In this document: piece after piece, positions 11,719 to 23,531 of the stretch
How positions within the stretch are numbered: position 1 is the stretch's first letter
Layout of the letters: every line of letters begins with the position of its first letter
NCBI GenBank assembly: GCA_963721695.1
Contig: CAVRKU010000004.1
Span: 10,927-74,926, forward strand
DNA: 64,000 nt
Direction of reading: 5' to 3'
Source of the DNA: an uncultured Microthrixaceae bacterium
GTDB taxonomy: Bacteria; Actinomycetota; Acidimicrobiia; Acidimicrobiales; VFJN01
Program-made: the position numbers and the translations under genes
Notes under the pieces: generated by a model
The model's database searches: none
Seen by the model: only the letters and a program-made list of their open reading frames with translations
What the model was told of the DNA's origin: nothing

Positions 11719-12333
11719 ATGGCTCGCTACACCGGCCCCAAGGTCAAGATCTCCCGACGCCTCGGCGTCAACATCTTCGAGAACGAGAAGGGCCGCAAGG
11801 CCCTCGAGAAGCGGCCGTACCCGCCCGGTGAGCACGGTCGCTCCCGGCGGCGCCAGCCCTCCGAGTACTCGATGCAGCTGCAGGAGAAGCAGAAGGCCAA
11901 GCACATCTACGGCCTGCTCGAGCGCCAGTTCGAGAACCTCTACAAGGAGGCCACCCGCGCCAAGGGCGTCACGGGTGAGAACCTGCTCCGCTTCCTCGAG
12001 CAGCGCCTCGACAACATCGTCTTCCGGGCCGGTTGGGCCCGCACCCGGCCCCAGGCCCGCCAGTTCGTGAACCACGGGCTGATCGACGTCAACGGCCGCC
12101 GGGTCGACATCCCGAGCTACCGCGTCAAGAAGGGCGACGTCGTCACCCTCCGGGCGAAGAGCCAGGCGATGATCGTCATCCAGCACAACCTCGACACGCT
12201 CGACGGGCGCCTTCCCGCCTGGATCGAGTCTGGTGACGGCGGCAAGTCCGTCACCGTCCGCGAGCTCCCGCTGCGCGAGCAGATCGATGTGCCCGTGCGC
12301 GAGCAGCTCATCGTCGAGCTGTACTCCAAGTAG
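11719..12333 (+). CDS. rpsD: 30S ribosomal protein S4
   Basis: [16 protein letters not shown]...YGLLERQF...[25 protein letters not shown]. Confidence 0.95.
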   Translation: MARYTGPKVKISRRLGVNIFENEKGRKALEKRPYPPGEHGRSRRRQPSEYSMQLQEKQKAKHIYGLLERQFENLYKEATRAKGVTGENLLRFLEQRLDNIVFRAGWARTRPQARQFVNHGLIDVNGRRVDIPSYRVKKGDVVTLRAKSQAMIVIQHNLDTLDGRLPAWIESGDGGKSVTVRELPLREQIDVPVREQLIVELYSK

Positions 12334-12368
12334 TCCGTCCCGCCGCCCCCCAGCTCCCGAGGTAGATC

Positions 12369-13308
12369 ATGCTCGTCATCCAGCGCCCCACCGTCGAGGC
12401 GATCGGCGAGGCTCAGGGCAATCGCCAGACCTTTGCCGTCAGCCCGCTGGAGCCCGGCTTCGGCCACACGCTCGGCAACTCCCTGCGTCGCACGCTTCTG
12501 TCGTCGATCCCCGGCGCCGCCATCACGCAGCTCCGCTTCGACGACGCCCTCCACGAGTTCGACACCATCGCCGGGGTCACCGAGGACGTCACCGACATCA
12601 TCCTCAACCTCAAGGACCTCGTGCTGGTGTGCCACAGCGAGGAGCCGGTCACCCTGCGCCTCGACGTCAAGGGTGCGGCCGACATCACCGCCGCCGACAT
12701 CTCGACCACCAGCGACGTCGACGATCCTGAACCCCGGTCTGCACATCGCCACGCTCAACAAGTCGGCTCGTCTCGCCATCGACATCACCGTGTCGAAGGG
12801 CCGGGGCTACGTGTCCGCCGACCGCAACAAGGGCAGCGCCACGATCGGCGTCATCCCGGTCGACTCGATCTTCTCGCCGGTGCGCCGCGTCGCCTTCCAG
12901 ATCGAGCCCACCCGCGTCGAGCAGTCCACCGCCTACGACCGCCTCGTGCTCGACATCGAGACCGACGGGTCGATCAGCCCCCGCGAGGCGCTGGCGTCGG
13001 CTGGCGACACCCTCCGCTCGCTCGTCGGCCTGGTGGCCGAGATGAGCGACGACCCGCAGGGCCTCGAGCTCGGCGAGGTGGCCACCACCACCACCGGCTC
13101 GCCCGACCTCGACCTCCCCATCGAAGACCTCGACCTCTCCGAGCGGCCGCGCAACTGCCTCAAGCGGGCGCAGGTCAACTCGATCGGCGAGCTCCTCCTG
13201 AAGACCGAGGACGACCTGCTCGCCATCACGAACTTCGGCCAGAAGTCGCTCGACGAGGTCATCCAGAAGCTCGACGAGCGTGGCCTGCAGCTGCGCACGA
13301 AGGACTAG
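12369..13308 (+). CDS. rpoA: DNA-directed RNA polymerase alpha subunit (apparent indel near 12720)
   Basis: [28 protein letters not shown] in one frame. The rest, including the [24 protein letters not shown], is in another frame. Confidence 0.92.
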
Positions 13309-13316
13309 GACCCGCC

Positions 13317-13670
13317 ATGCCTGCCACCCCGAAGAAGGGACGTCGCTTCGGCGGCAGCTCCCAGCACCAGCGGCTGATGATGGCCAACCTCGTCGCGTCG
13401 CTCGTCGCCGCCGAGGGCATCGTCACGACCGAGGCGAAGGCCAAGGCGCTCCGACCCGTCGCCGAGAAGGTCATCACGAAGGCCAAGAAGGGCGGCCTGC
13501 ACAACCACCGCCAGGTCGTGTCCTACCTCGGCGACAAGGAGATGGCCCACAAGCTCTTCACCGAGATCGGGCCCCGCTATGCCGACCGCAACGGCGGCTA
13601 CACCCGCATCCTCAAGCTCGGCAACCGCCAGGGTGACAACGCTCCCATGGCCCGGATCGAACTGGTTTGA
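13317..13670 (+). CDS. rplQ: 50S ribosomal protein L17
   Basis: [25 protein letters not shown]...[25 protein letters not shown]. Confidence 0.95.
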   Translation: MPATPKKGRRFGGSSQHQRLMMANLVASLVAAEGIVTTEAKAKALRPVAEKVITKAKKGGLHNHRQVVSYLGDKEMAHKLFTEIGPRYADRNGGYTRILKLGNRQGDNAPMARIELV

Positions 13671-13683
13671 CCGCCTTCCTGGC

Positions 13684-14471
13684 GTGACGCTCTTCGACAC
13701 GCCGGACACCCCAGCGGCCCCCAGCGGGCCGCTGGTGCGCGTTCGGATGCTCGTCGCCTACGACGGCTCGGGGTTCCACGGCTTCGCTCCGCAGCCGGGC
13801 CACCGCACGGTCGCCGGCGTCCTGCAGGAGGCGATCGAGAAGGTCGCTCGCCACCCCGTCGAGCTCGTGTGCGCGGGACGCACGGACCGGGGCGTGCACG
13901 CCTGGGGGCAGGTCGTGTCGCTCGACCTCTCCCCGAGCGTCGACCTCGAGCGCCTGCAGCGAGCCCTGCTGAAGCTGTGCGGTCCCGAGCTCGTCGTTCG
14001 TGAGGTGGCGCCCGCCGCGCCCGACTTCAGCGCTCGCTTCTCCGCCACCGGCCGCACGTATCGGTACACCGTGCTGAACCGGGCCGTCCCCGACCCGTTC
14101 CTCGCGTCGACGGCGTGGCACGTCCCTGCGCCGCTCGATGTCGAGCTGCTGACGCTGGCGTGCGACCCTTCCTCGGCGAGCACGACTTCAGCGCCTTCTG
14201 CCGCCGTCCCAAGGGCGAGCCGGTGTCGCTCGTCCGGCGCGTGCGCCGGGCCGCCTGGACGGACCTCGGCGACGGTGTGCTCCGCTTCGAGATCGAGGCC
14301 ACCGCCTTCTGCCACCAGATGGTGCGCAGCATCGTCGGCACCATCGTCGCGGCCGGTCGGGCCGAGGTCCGGGCCGGTGACATCCGCGGGATCCTCCGGT
14401 CCGGTCAGCGCTCAGCGGCCGCGCCGATCGCCCCGCCCGAGGGCCTGTGCCTCTGGCACGTCGCCTACTGA
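13684..14471 (+). CDS. truA: tRNA pseudouridine(38-40) synthase (apparent indel near 14160)
   Basis: VAYDGSGFHGFAPQPG, CAGRTDRGVHAWGQV and FLGEHDFSAFC...FCHQMVRSIVG. Confidence 0.88.
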
Positions 14472-14833
14472 GCCGCGTGAGGCTCCGGTGGGAGCTCCCC
14501 GAGCCGGACGGCGATGAGCTTCTCGACGAGCGGGCGAGGGAGCGGCGTGTCGACCGCGAAGTGGAGGGTTCCCTTGGAGCCTCCGTACCCGGCGACCTCC
14601 TCGGCCAGCTCCGGGAGCACCGTGCCGCTGTGCGGGAAGTAGCTCAGGTGGTCCTTGAACGCCGCGAACCCTGCCACCGCCTTGCCACGGAGCTTGAAGG
14701 CAGGCATGCCGTAGGAGATGCACTGCTCGGCGTCGGGGACGACGGCCAGGATCGTCCGGCGCAGGTCCTCCAGCGTCGACCGCTTCGGCTCGTCCAGCCC
14801 GGCCAGGTACTCGTCGATCTCCGCCTCCGACAC
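14465..14833 (-). CDS. DUF1801 (YdhG-like) domain protein; start uncertain
   Basis: [20 protein letters not shown]...[30 protein letters not shown]. The longer ORF (to 14989) would overlap rplM. Confidence 0.55.
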   Translation of the reverse strand: MSEAEIDEYLAGLDEPKRSTLEDLRRTILAVVPDAEQCISYGMPAFKLRGKAVAGFAAFKDHLSYFPHSGTVLPELAEEVAGYGGSKGTLHFAVDTPLPRPLVEKLIAVRLGELPPEPHAAQ

Positions 14834-14981
14834 GCCGACGAGTCTCCGCAGTCGCGGCCGCCCCGTCAACGGCTGGGGGCGGCGAGTTGCGGGCGGGGCC
14901 TGCGCAGCCGTAGCCTCGTCCTTCGCCTCGGGCGCCAGCGCGCCTGATCTGGACTCTGCAATCACCCCAAGGACGCTACGC

Positions 14982-15431
14982 GTGCGCACCTACAGCCCCA
15001 AGGCCAGCGAGATCACCCGCAAGTGGTACGTGGTCGACGCCGAGGACCTCGTCCTCGGTCGTCTCTCCACCGAGGTCGCCCGCATCCTGCGCGGCAAGCA
15101 CAAGCCCACCTTCGCCCCGCACATGGACATGGGCGACCACGTCATCGTGATCAACGCCGAGAAGGTCGTGCTCACCTCGAACAAGGCCGATCAGAAGCTC
15201 GTCTACCGGCACTCCGGCTACCCGGGGGGCCTCAAGTCCCGCACCTTCGCGGAGGCGCTGGCCCGCAGGCCCGAGGAAGGCGTGCGCCGCGCCGTGCGCG
15301 GCATGCTCCCGAAGAACCGCCTCGGCCGCCAGATGCTCACCAAGCTGAAGGTGTACGCCGGCCCGAACCACCCCCACTCGGCGCAGATGCCCGAGACCCT
15401 CGACCTCGCCGCCGCCCGGCGGACCGCCTAG
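14982..15431 (+). CDS. rplM: 50S ribosomal protein L13
   Basis: (V)[27 protein letters not shown]...[12 protein letters not shown]. Confidence 0.95.
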   Translation: MRTYSPKASEITRKWYVVDAEDLVLGRLSTEVARILRGKHKPTFAPHMDMGDHVIVINAEKVVLTSNKADQKLVYRHSGYPGGLKSRTFAEALARRPEEGVRRAVRGMLPKNRLGRQMLTKLKVYAGPNHPHSAQMPETLDLAAARRTA

Positions 15432-15440
15432 GAGATCGCA

Positions 15441-15845
15441 GTGCCCCAGCCCCTCGTGCAGTCCACCGGTCGCCGCAAGCAGGCCATCGCCCGTGTCCGT
15501 GTCCGGACCAGCGAAGGCGAAGGCGACGGTGTGATCACCGTGAACAAGCGGGCGCTCGCCGACTACTTCCCGTCGAAGACGCACCAGATGATCCTCACCG
15601 AGCCGCTGCGCGCCACCGAGCTCACCGAGGCCTACGACATCGACGCCACCATCGACGGCGGCGGCCCGACCGGCCAGGCCGGCGCCCTGCGCCTCGGCAT
15701 CGCCCGGGCGCTCATCGAGCTCGATCCGGAGCTCCGCCCGGCCCTCAAGTCGGCCGGCTTCCTCACGCGTGACTCGCGTGAGAAGGAGTCGAAGAAGTAC
15801 GGCCTCAAGAAGGCCCGCAAGGCTCCGCAGTACAGCAAGCGCTGA
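15441..15845 (+). CDS. rpsI: 30S ribosomal protein S9
   Basis: [13 protein letters not shown]...[19 protein letters not shown]...[12 protein letters not shown]. Confidence 0.95.
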   Translation: MPQPLVQSTGRRKQAIARVRVRTSEGEGDGVITVNKRALADYFPSKTHQMILTEPLRATELTEAYDIDATIDGGGPTGQAGALRLGIARALIELDPELRPALKSAGFLTRDSREKESKKYGLKKARKAPQYSKR

Positions 15846-15879
15846 GCGCGCTCGCCTCGCATCTGCGATCCTCTACCGG

Positions 15880-17217
15880 GTGCTGAAGTTCGGGACGGAC
15901 GGCGTGCGGGGGGTGGCGAACCTCGACCTGACGCCGGAGGTGGTGCTGGCCTTCGGGCGCGCCGCCGCTCGCGTCCTCGGTGGGACCCGCTTCGTGGTGG
16001 GGCGCGACACCCGCCGGTCGGGGCCACTGCTGGAGGCGGCCTTGATCGCCGGGCTCACCGCGGAGGGCGTGGACGTCACGACGCTCGGGGTGGTGCCGAC
16101 ACCGGCGGTGGCCTGGCTCGCCGTGGCCGAGGGCGCGGCCGGTGCGGTGATCTCCGCCTCGCACAACTCCTTCGCCGACAACGGCGTGAAGCTCTTCACC
16201 GCGGACGGCAAGAAGCTCTCCGACGAGGTCGAGGAGCGGCTGGAGAAGGAGCTGCTCGCGCTGCTCGGCGGCCTGGAGTCGGGGTCGGCGAGAACGGGCG
16301 AGGCCGTCGGCACGATCGTCGATGGCTCGTCCGCCGTGGATCGGTGGGCCGAATCGGTGGCCGGGTCCATCCAGGGGCGCGGGTTGGCGGGGCTGACGGT
16401 CGTGGTCGACTGTGCCAACGGGGCCGCCTCCGCAGTCGCCCCTCGAGTGCTCCGGTCGCTCGGCGCGACGGTGGAGGTGATCCACGACCAGCCGGACGGC
16501 ACCAACATCAACGCGGACTGCGGCTCGACCTACCCCGATGACCTTCGGCGTGCGGTCGTGACGCACGGCGCCGACGTCGGGCTCGCCTTCGACGGCGACG
16601 CCGATCGGGTCCTGGCCATCGATGCCACGGGCCGGCTGATCGACGGCGATCAGATCATCGGGATCTGCGCCATCGATCGCCACGCCCACGGTCGCCTGGC
16701 CAAGGACACGGTCGTCGTCACCGTGATGACCAACCTCGGGTTCCGACTGGGGATGGCGGAGCACGGCGTCGAGGTCCTGGAGGTGCCCGTCGGTGACCGA
16801 TACGTGCTGGAGGCCATGGCGGACGGGGATCTGTCCCTCGGCGGGGAGCAGAGCGGGCACGTCGTGTTCGCCGACCTGGCCACCACGGGCGACGGGCTGC
16901 TGACCGCGATCCAGCTCCTCGACATCGTGCGTCGCTCGGAGCGACCGCTCGCGGACCTGGCCGACTCGGCGATGACCCGACTGCCCCAGGTGCTCCAGAA
17001 CGTGAGCGTCGCCACGAAGGGCTTGGACGTCACCACGACGCTGGCCGACGACATCGCGGCGGTGGAGGCCGAGCTCGGCGACCACGGCCGAGTGCTGATC
17101 CGCGGGAGCGGAACCGAGCCCCTCGTCCGCGTGATGGTCGAGGCCCCCACCCACGAGCAGGCGGAGGCCGCGGCCGACCGCCTGGTGCGCGCTGTGGAGG
17201 GCCTCGGGGCGGGCTGA
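15880..17217 (+). CDS. glmM: Phosphoglucosamine mutase
   Basis: FGTDGVRGVAN, active-site SASHNSFADNG and GEQSGHVVF. GTG start. Confidence 0.92.
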   Translation: MLKFGTDGVRGVANLDLTPEVVLAFGRAAARVLGGTRFVVGRDTRRSGPLLEAALIAGLTAEGVDVTTLGVVPTPAVAWLAVAEGAAGAVISASHNSFADNGVKLFTADGKKLSDEVEERLEKELLALLGGLESGSARTGEAVGTIVDGSSAVDRWAESVAGSIQGRGLAGLTVVVDCANGAASAVAPRVLRSLGATVEVIHDQPDGTNINADCGSTYPDDLRRAVVTHGADVGLAFDGDADRVLAIDATGRLIDGDQIIGICAIDRHAHGRLAKDTVVVTVMTNLGFRLGMAEHGVEVLEVPVGDRYVLEAMADGDLSLGGEQSGHVVFADLATTGDGLLTAIQLLDIVRRSERPLADLADSAMTRLPQVLQNVSVATKGLDVTTTLADDIAAVEAELGDHGRVLIRGSGTEPLVRVMVEAPTHEQAEAAADRLVRAVEGLGAG

Positions 17218-17267
17218 TCCCGCCGGTACGCTGGTCCGGTCCCCCAACCGGAAGGCCACCACCTCTC

Positions 17268-20200
17268 GTGTGCGGCATCATCGCCCTCCTGCGCGGGCCG
17301 GGCGCCCGGCTCGACCTCCCGCCCTCCGCTGTGCTCGACCGCCTCACCGCGGTCCAGGACTCGCTCGACGACGTCGACCCGATCGCCGCGGCCGACCGCG
17401 CGGCCGAGCTGCTCGAGGAGCTCGACGGCCTGCTGCGGAGCCCCGACGGCGTCGCCCTCCTCGTCCGGAACCGCGAGGTGGCGGCGCGCACCGAAGCCGT
17501 CACCGCGGTGGCCGGGGACTGGGCCGCTTCGGTGGAGGGCGGGCCTCGACGCCCACGGTGCTCCCGAGGGCCACTCGCTCGAGTCGGCCAACGCCTCACT
17601 GCTCCGGCTCAAGGACGCGCTGTGGGCCGTGGCTCGCGACCGCCTCCCGACGGCGACGGCCGTGCGAGAGCTCGTCGGCGAGAGCCGGTCGTGGTCGGCC
17701 ATCGAGGTCGGCACCTCGATCCAGCAGGCGCTGTCCGCGCTCGACCGTCTCGAGGTGCGCGGACGGGATTCGGCGGGGCTCACCGTGCTCGTCCGGGACC
17801 ACGGCCTCGATCTCGACGATCCCGCGGTGGCGCGCCTGGTCGCGGCGCGCAGCGCAGACCACCTGTTCCGCTCGAACGCCGTCCGCACCCCGGAGGGCCA
17901 CCTCAGCTTCGTCTACAAGGCGGCCGCGGAGATCGGCGAGCTCGGTGACAACACCGCGGCCATGCGCGCCGACGTGCTCGCCGACGATCTGCTGCGACTG
18001 GCGCTCGACCGACGAGCGCGCCTCCGCCGTCGTCCTCGGCCACACGCGCTGGGCCAGCATCGGCATCATCTCGCAACCCAACGCGCATCCCGTCGACAGC
18101 CTGGAGCTCGACGGCTCGCCCGGTCCGTACGTGACGGCGGCCCTCAACGGTGACGTCGACAACTTCGCTGATCTGAAGGCGGCCGACGGGCTCCGCCTGG
18201 CCGCCGAGATCACGACCGACGCCAAGGTCATCCCGACCCTCGTGTCGCATCGCCTGGGCGAGGGGGCCGACCTCACGACGGCGTTCCGCGACACGGTGGC
18301 GAGCTTCGAAGGCTCGGTGGCGATCGCCGCGAGCGCGGCCACCCACCCCGACCACGTCCTGCTCGCGCTGCGGGGCAGCGGCCAAGCGCTCTACGTCGGG
18401 CTGGCCGACGGCTGCTTCGTCGTCGCCTCCGAGCCGTACGGCCTCGTCGAGCTGACCCGGAGCTACGTGCGGCTCGACGGCGACACGCCCGCCAACCCGG
18501 AGAACCCGAACGCCAGCCGGGGTCAGATCGTCGTCCTCGACGGCTCCCGCGCCGGCCGGCTCGATGGGATCACCCGCCAGGCCTACGACGGCACCCTGCT
18601 GCCCGTGACGGAGGCCGACGTGCAGCAAGCACAGGTCACGACGCGGGACATCGATCGTGGCGCCTACCCGCACTTCCTGCTGAAGGAGATCACCGAGGCG
18701 CCGACGAGCTTCCGCAAGACGCTGCGCGGCAAGCTCGTGGAGCGCGACGGTCGGATGCAGGTGGCGCTCGACGAGACCGTCCTCTCCACCGCAGTGCGCC
18801 AGGGCCTGCGCGACGGCAGCATCGGCCGGGTCCAGGTGATCGGTCAGGGCACGGCCCACGTCGCCGGCCAGAGCCTGGCCTCGGCGCTGGTCGCGACGAT
18901 CCCCGACGGGCGCCTCCGAGTCGAGGCCCTCCCCGCCACCGAGCTCTCGGGCTTCGGGTTGCGTTCGGACATGCGCGACACCCTCATCATCGCCATCAGC
19001 CAGTCGGGAACGACGACCGACACGAACCGCACCGTCGACCTCGCGCGGGATCGCGGCGCCTCGGTCCTGGCCATCGTGAACCGCCGTGGGTCCGACCTCA
19101 CGGACAAGGCCGACGGCGTCCTGTACACCTCCGACGGCCGCGACGTGGAGATGAGCGTCGCGTCCACGAAGGCCTTCTACAGCCAGATCGCCGCGGGCTT
19201 CCTGCTGGCGTGGGCCATCGCCGAGGAGGTCGGCGGCGCCGTCGACCCCGCGATGGTGGCGGCCCTCCGCGACCTTCCGTCCGCGATGGAGGCGACCACC
19301 GCCCGACGCGCCGAGATCGGGGTCGCCGCCCAGCAGCTGGCCCCGTCGAAGCGGTATTGGGCCATCGTCGGCAACGGCACGAACCGCATCGCGGCCGAGG
19401 AGCTCCGCATCAAGCTCAGTGAGCTCTGCTATCGGTCCATCGCGTGCGACGCCACCGAGGACAAGAAGCACATCGATCTGTCGTGCGAGCCGCTGATCCT
19501 CGTGTGCGCCGCGGGTCTCGAGGGCTCCACCGCCGACGACGTCGCCAAAGAGGTCGCGATCTACCGCGCCCACAAGGCGTCACCCATCGTGATCGCATCG
19601 GACGGTCAGGCTCGCTTCGCCGCCGCCCTCCACGTGATCTCGGTCCCCGAGACGCATCCTCGGCTCGCCTTCGTGTTGACCGCCATGGCGGGTCACCTGT
19701 TCGGCTACGAGGCCGCGCTCGCCATCGACGCCCAGGCCACCCCGCTGCGGGAGGCTCGGGCCGCCATCGAGGAGGCGGTGGGGGAGCGCGCGCCCGCCGA
19801 CGGCGACCGGCTGCTCAAGGCGCTGCAGCCTGATCTCGCGGCCTCGGCGAGCCGCTTCTTCGACGGACTGCGCAGCGGCGCCTACGACGGCAACCTCGAG
19901 GCCAGCACGGCGGTACGGCTGGCGTCCAGCTATCGGTACGCGCTCGGCATCGCCCCCCTGGACGCGTACCAAGCCGAGCTCGGCCGCATCGGCACCCCCG
20001 CCGTGGTCGTCGATGACCTCACCGCGGCGCTGACGCAGGGCATCGAGGAGCTCACCCGTCCGGTCGACGCGATCAAGCACCAGGCCAAGACGGTCACGGT
20101 CGGGATCTCGCGCAGCGACGAGACCTTGCTCCAGCCGCCCCTCGTGCAGGCCGTCCTGGCTGCCGGGGCCGCACGCGACCGGCTCAGCTACAAGACGCTG

Positions 20201-20692
20201 CGGACGTTGGCCGACATCGATCCCGCCGTGGCGGAGGTCACCGGTTGGATCCGCTACGAGCTCGACGGCGATCCGGAGAGCGACGCGGTGTCGGTGTCGA
20301 TCGTCGACCGCGGTGGCATCGCGCTCGACATCCCCTCACGCGCGGAGCGCTCGGGGGTCCTCCGGGGCACGAAGCACACCGTCGCCCTCGAGCGGCAGGT
20401 CTTCGTCACGCGCGGCCGCGAAGACGGCCGCACCGTGGTGATCGTGCCGGAGACGAAGGACGACCGCGCCATCGGGCTCACGCTGCTGCACGTGCGCTTC
20501 CAGGAGCGGCTCCCGGTGTCCGCGGCCCGGGGCGCCCTGCAGGGCTACCGGAACCGGTGGTCCGCGCTGCGGGACGCGGTGCTGGAGACGGAGCCCACCT
20601 TCCGCGAGGACCTGCTGCCCGAGGTGCCCACGGCGGACCTCCTCGTGGAGCCCATACGGGTGCTCGCTGACCGCTGGCGCAGCCCGGGATGA
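17268..20692 (+). CDS. Unusually long (about 1140 aa) GlmS-like glutamine amidotransferase with two SIS domains (at least 2 apparent indels, near 17540 and 18010)
   Basis: N-terminal (M)CGII nucleophile, GHTRWASIG at about residue 257, SIS motifs IAISQSGTTTDT and WAIVGNG, then a further extension of about 200 aa after a KTVTVGI tail-like motif. Confidence 0.75.
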
Positions 20693-21054
20693 TCGGCATC
20701 GGCGTCGACCTCTGTGAGGTCGATCGCATGCGAGTGGCGCTCGATCGCACCCCCACCCTCCGGGCGCGCGTCTTCACCGATGACGAGCAGGCCTACTGCG
20801 ACCGCCGGAAGGACCCGACCGAGCGCTACGCCGCCCGCTTCGCGGCCAAGGAGGCCGTGATGAAGGCGATGGGGGTCGGGGTCGGCGCCTGCAAGTGGCG
20901 GGAGATCGAGGTGGCCAAGGCCCGCTCCGGCGCGCCATCGGTCCGCCTCCACGGGGGCGCGCAGCGGTTGGCCGAGGGGCTCGGCATCCAGGGCTGGCGC
21001 CTCACGCTCACGCACACCCATCGCATCGCCGAAGCCATCGCCATCGCGCTGTGA
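20689..21054 (+). CDS. acpS: Holo-[acyl-carrier-protein] synthase
   Basis: MIGIGVDLCEVDR...RFAAKEAVMKAMG...ISLTH-like LTLTHT. Confidence 0.88.
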   Translation: MIGIGVDLCEVDRMRVALDRTPTLRARVFTDDEQAYCDRRKDPTERYAARFAAKEAVMKAMGVGVGACKWREIEVAKARSGAPSVRLHGGAQRLAEGLGIQGWRLTLTHTHRIAEAIAIAL

Positions 21055-22403
21055 TCCCGATCCTCACGCCGGAGGAGATGGCGGCCGTCGACCGGGCGTC
21101 GGGAGTACCCATCGACGTCCTGATCGATCGGGCGGGCGCGGCCGTCGCTCACGAGGCCCTCGACCTCCTCGGCGGCGCCTACGGCCGGCGAGTCGTGGTC
21201 CTCGCCGGCAAGGGGAACAACGGTGCGGACGGTCGTGCCGCGGCCCGCCGCCTGCGGATGCGGGGGGCACGGGTCGAGATCGTCGAGGCCGCGGACGCGC
21301 CGACGCGGCTCCCGACCGCCGACCTGGTGGTGGACGCCGCGTACGGCACCGGCTTCCACGGTGAGCACACCGCCCCTGCCGTCGACGGGCCGGTGCTCGC
21401 GGTCGACATCCCGAGCGGCGTCGACGGCCTGACGGGAGCGGCTCACGGCCGGGTGCTCCCCGCCACCCGCACGGTGACCTTCGGCGCGCTCAAGCCGGGC
21501 CTCCTGCTCGAGCCCGGACGATCGCTGGCGGGGCCGGTGGTGGTGGCCGACATCGGCCTCGACCTCGGCGAGCCCGCCGCGGGCCTTGTGACGGCCCCCG
21601 ACGTGCGCACGTGGCTGCCCTCCCGCGCGACCGCGAGCCACAAGTGGCAGGCCGCCCTGCTGGTGGTGGCCGGGTCAGCGGGGATGACGGGCGCGGCCCG
21701 GCTCGCGGCGGCCGCGGCCCAGCGGGCCGGCGCGGGCATGGTCCACCTCGGCTCGCCAGGGGTCAGCGATGACGCCGGTCGCCCGGTGGAGGCGGTGGGC
21801 TTCGCGCTCCCCGCCGCCGGATGGACCGAGCTCGTCGTCGAGGTGGCCCCCCGGTTCCAAGCGCTGGTGGTCGGTCCGGGCCTCGGCACCGGTGCGTCCA
21901 CGCAGGCGGCCGTCCGCGACATGGTCGCCGCCGCCGGCTTGCCCCTGCTGATCGACGGGGACGCGCTGACGGCCCTCGGACGGGATGCGTCGTCGGTGCT
22001 CGGTGACCGAGCCGCTCCGACCGTGCTCACACCCCACGACGGCGAGTTCGAACGACTCACGGGAGCGCGGCCCGGAGCGAATCGCCTCGACGCCGCGCGC
22101 AGCCTGGCGGCGGCGACCGGCGCCGTCGTGCTCCTCAAGGGGCCGTCCACCGTCGTGGCCTCGCCGGATGGGTGCGTGCGGATGGTCACGTCGGGCGATG
22201 CGCGCCTCGCCACGGCGGGCACCGGGGACGTGCTCAGCGGCATCATCGGCGCCCTCCTCGCCCGGGGGCTGTCGGCCGTGGACGCCGCCGCCGCCGGCGC
22301 GTGGCTCCATGCTCGAGCGGGGGCGCTGGGTCCCGCATCGGGACTGGTGGCGTCCGACCTGGTCGATCGGCTCCCCGAGGTGCTCGACGAGGTGATGGGG
22401 TGA
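21051..22403 (+). CDS. nnr: Bifunctional NAD(P)H-hydrate epimerase/dehydratase (YjeF family)
   Basis: N-terminal VLAGKGNNGADG and C-terminal HKWQAALLVVAGS...LTPHDGEF...ATAGTGDVLSG. Confidence 0.88.
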   Translation: MIPILTPEEMAAVDRASGVPIDVLIDRAGAAVAHEALDLLGGAYGRRVVVLAGKGNNGADGRAAARRLRMRGARVEIVEAADAPTRLPTADLVVDAAYGTGFHGEHTAPAVDGPVLAVDIPSGVDGLTGAAHGRVLPATRTVTFGALKPGLLLEPGRSLAGPVVVADIGLDLGEPAAGLVTAPDVRTWLPSRATASHKWQAALLVVAGSAGMTGAARLAAAAAQRAGAGMVHLGSPGVSDDAGRPVEAVGFALPAAGWTELVVEVAPRFQALVVGPGLGTGASTQAAVRDMVAAAGLPLLIDGDALTALGRDASSVLGDRAAPTVLTPHDGEFERLTGARPGANRLDAARSLAAATGAVVLLKGPSTVVASPDGCVRMVTSGDARLATAGTGDVLSGIIGALLARGLSAVDAAAAGAWLHARAGALGPASGLVASDLVDRLPEVLDEVMG

Positions 22404-23520
22404 TGGCCCGCGCGTGGGCGGATGTCTCCCTCGCCGCGGTGGCGGCCAACGTGGCCACGCTGCGCGCCGTCTGCCGGGACTCGGAGCTGTGCGCGGTGGT
22501 GAAGGCGGACGGGTATGGCCACGGCGCGGCGCCGGTCGCACGAGCCGCGGTCGCCGCCGGAGCGGGCTCCCTGGCCGTCGCCCAGGTGGCCGAAGCGACC
22601 GCCCTCCGCGCGGGCGGGCATCGCCGCGCCGACCCTGTTGCTCTCCGAGCCGCGACCGGCCGACCTCGCCGAGGTCCTGGCCGCCGACGTCGCGGTGACC
22701 GTGTACACCCCCGACCTGATCGCGCGACTGGGTGCGATGGCCGAGTCGGCGGGCCGTTCCGTGGCCGTCCACCTGAAGGTCGACACCGGCATGCACCGCG
22801 TCGGCGCCGCGCCCGCTGACCTGGTGGGCCTGGCCAAGCTGATCGACGCGGAAGGTGCGCTCTCGCTGGCCGCGGTGTGGACGCACTGCGCGGTCGCCGA
22901 CGACCCCGATGACCCCTTCACGGCGCGCCAGCTCGAGCGCTTCGACGCTGCCGTCGCCGCCGTCGAAGCGGCCGGGATCCCCGTCCCCATGCGGCACGCC
23001 GCCAACTCCGCCGCGGCCATCGCCCATCCGGCGAGCCGGTACGACCTCGTGCGCTGCGGCATCGCCCTCTACGGGATCGCTCCGTCGCCACAGATGCGCG
23101 ATCGCGTCGCGCTGGAGCCCGTGGTGCGGCTGGCGACAGAGGTCGCGTTCGTGAAGCCCGTCGCGGCGGGGGAGGGCGTGTCGTACGGCCTGCGGCACCA
23201 CGTCGACCGTGACACCCTCGTCGCCACGCTGCCGATCGGCTACGCCGACGGTGTCTTCCGTTCGCTGGGGCTGCTCGGCCAGGAGGTGCTCATCGGCGGT
23301 CACCGTCATCCCATGGTCGGCGCGGTCACCATGGATCAGGTGATGGTCGACGTCGGACCCAACAGCGAGGTCCAGCCCGGTGACGAGGTGGTGCTGCTCG
23401 GCGCTCAACGAGGACCAGCGGATCTCCCCCGACGAGTGGGCGGAGCGCCTCGGCACGATCGCCTACGAGGTGGTCTGCGCCCTCGGCGCTCGGGTCGAGC
23501 GCCGCTACGGCGACTCCTAG
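22403..23520 (+). CDS. alr: Alanine racemase (apparent indels near 22618 and 23408)
   Basis: AVVKADGYGHG (PLP lysine), HLKVDTGMHRVG, GIALYG, and the C-terminus ISPDEWAERLGTIAYEVVCALGARV in another frame. Confidence 0.88.
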
Positions 23521-23531
23521 GCTGTACGGCC

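Noticed and set aside
17218-17267. Possible glmS ribozyme upstream of the GlmS-like gene
   Set aside because: The gap is only 50 nt, too short for the ribozyme, and that element is not characteristic of this lineage.
15805-23456. Long minus-strand ORFs (15805-17262, 17903-19573, 21443-23062, 21675-23456)
   Set aside because: Each is antisense to a well-supported plus-strand gene (glmM, the GlmS-like gene, nnr, alr). None has a recognisable motif.
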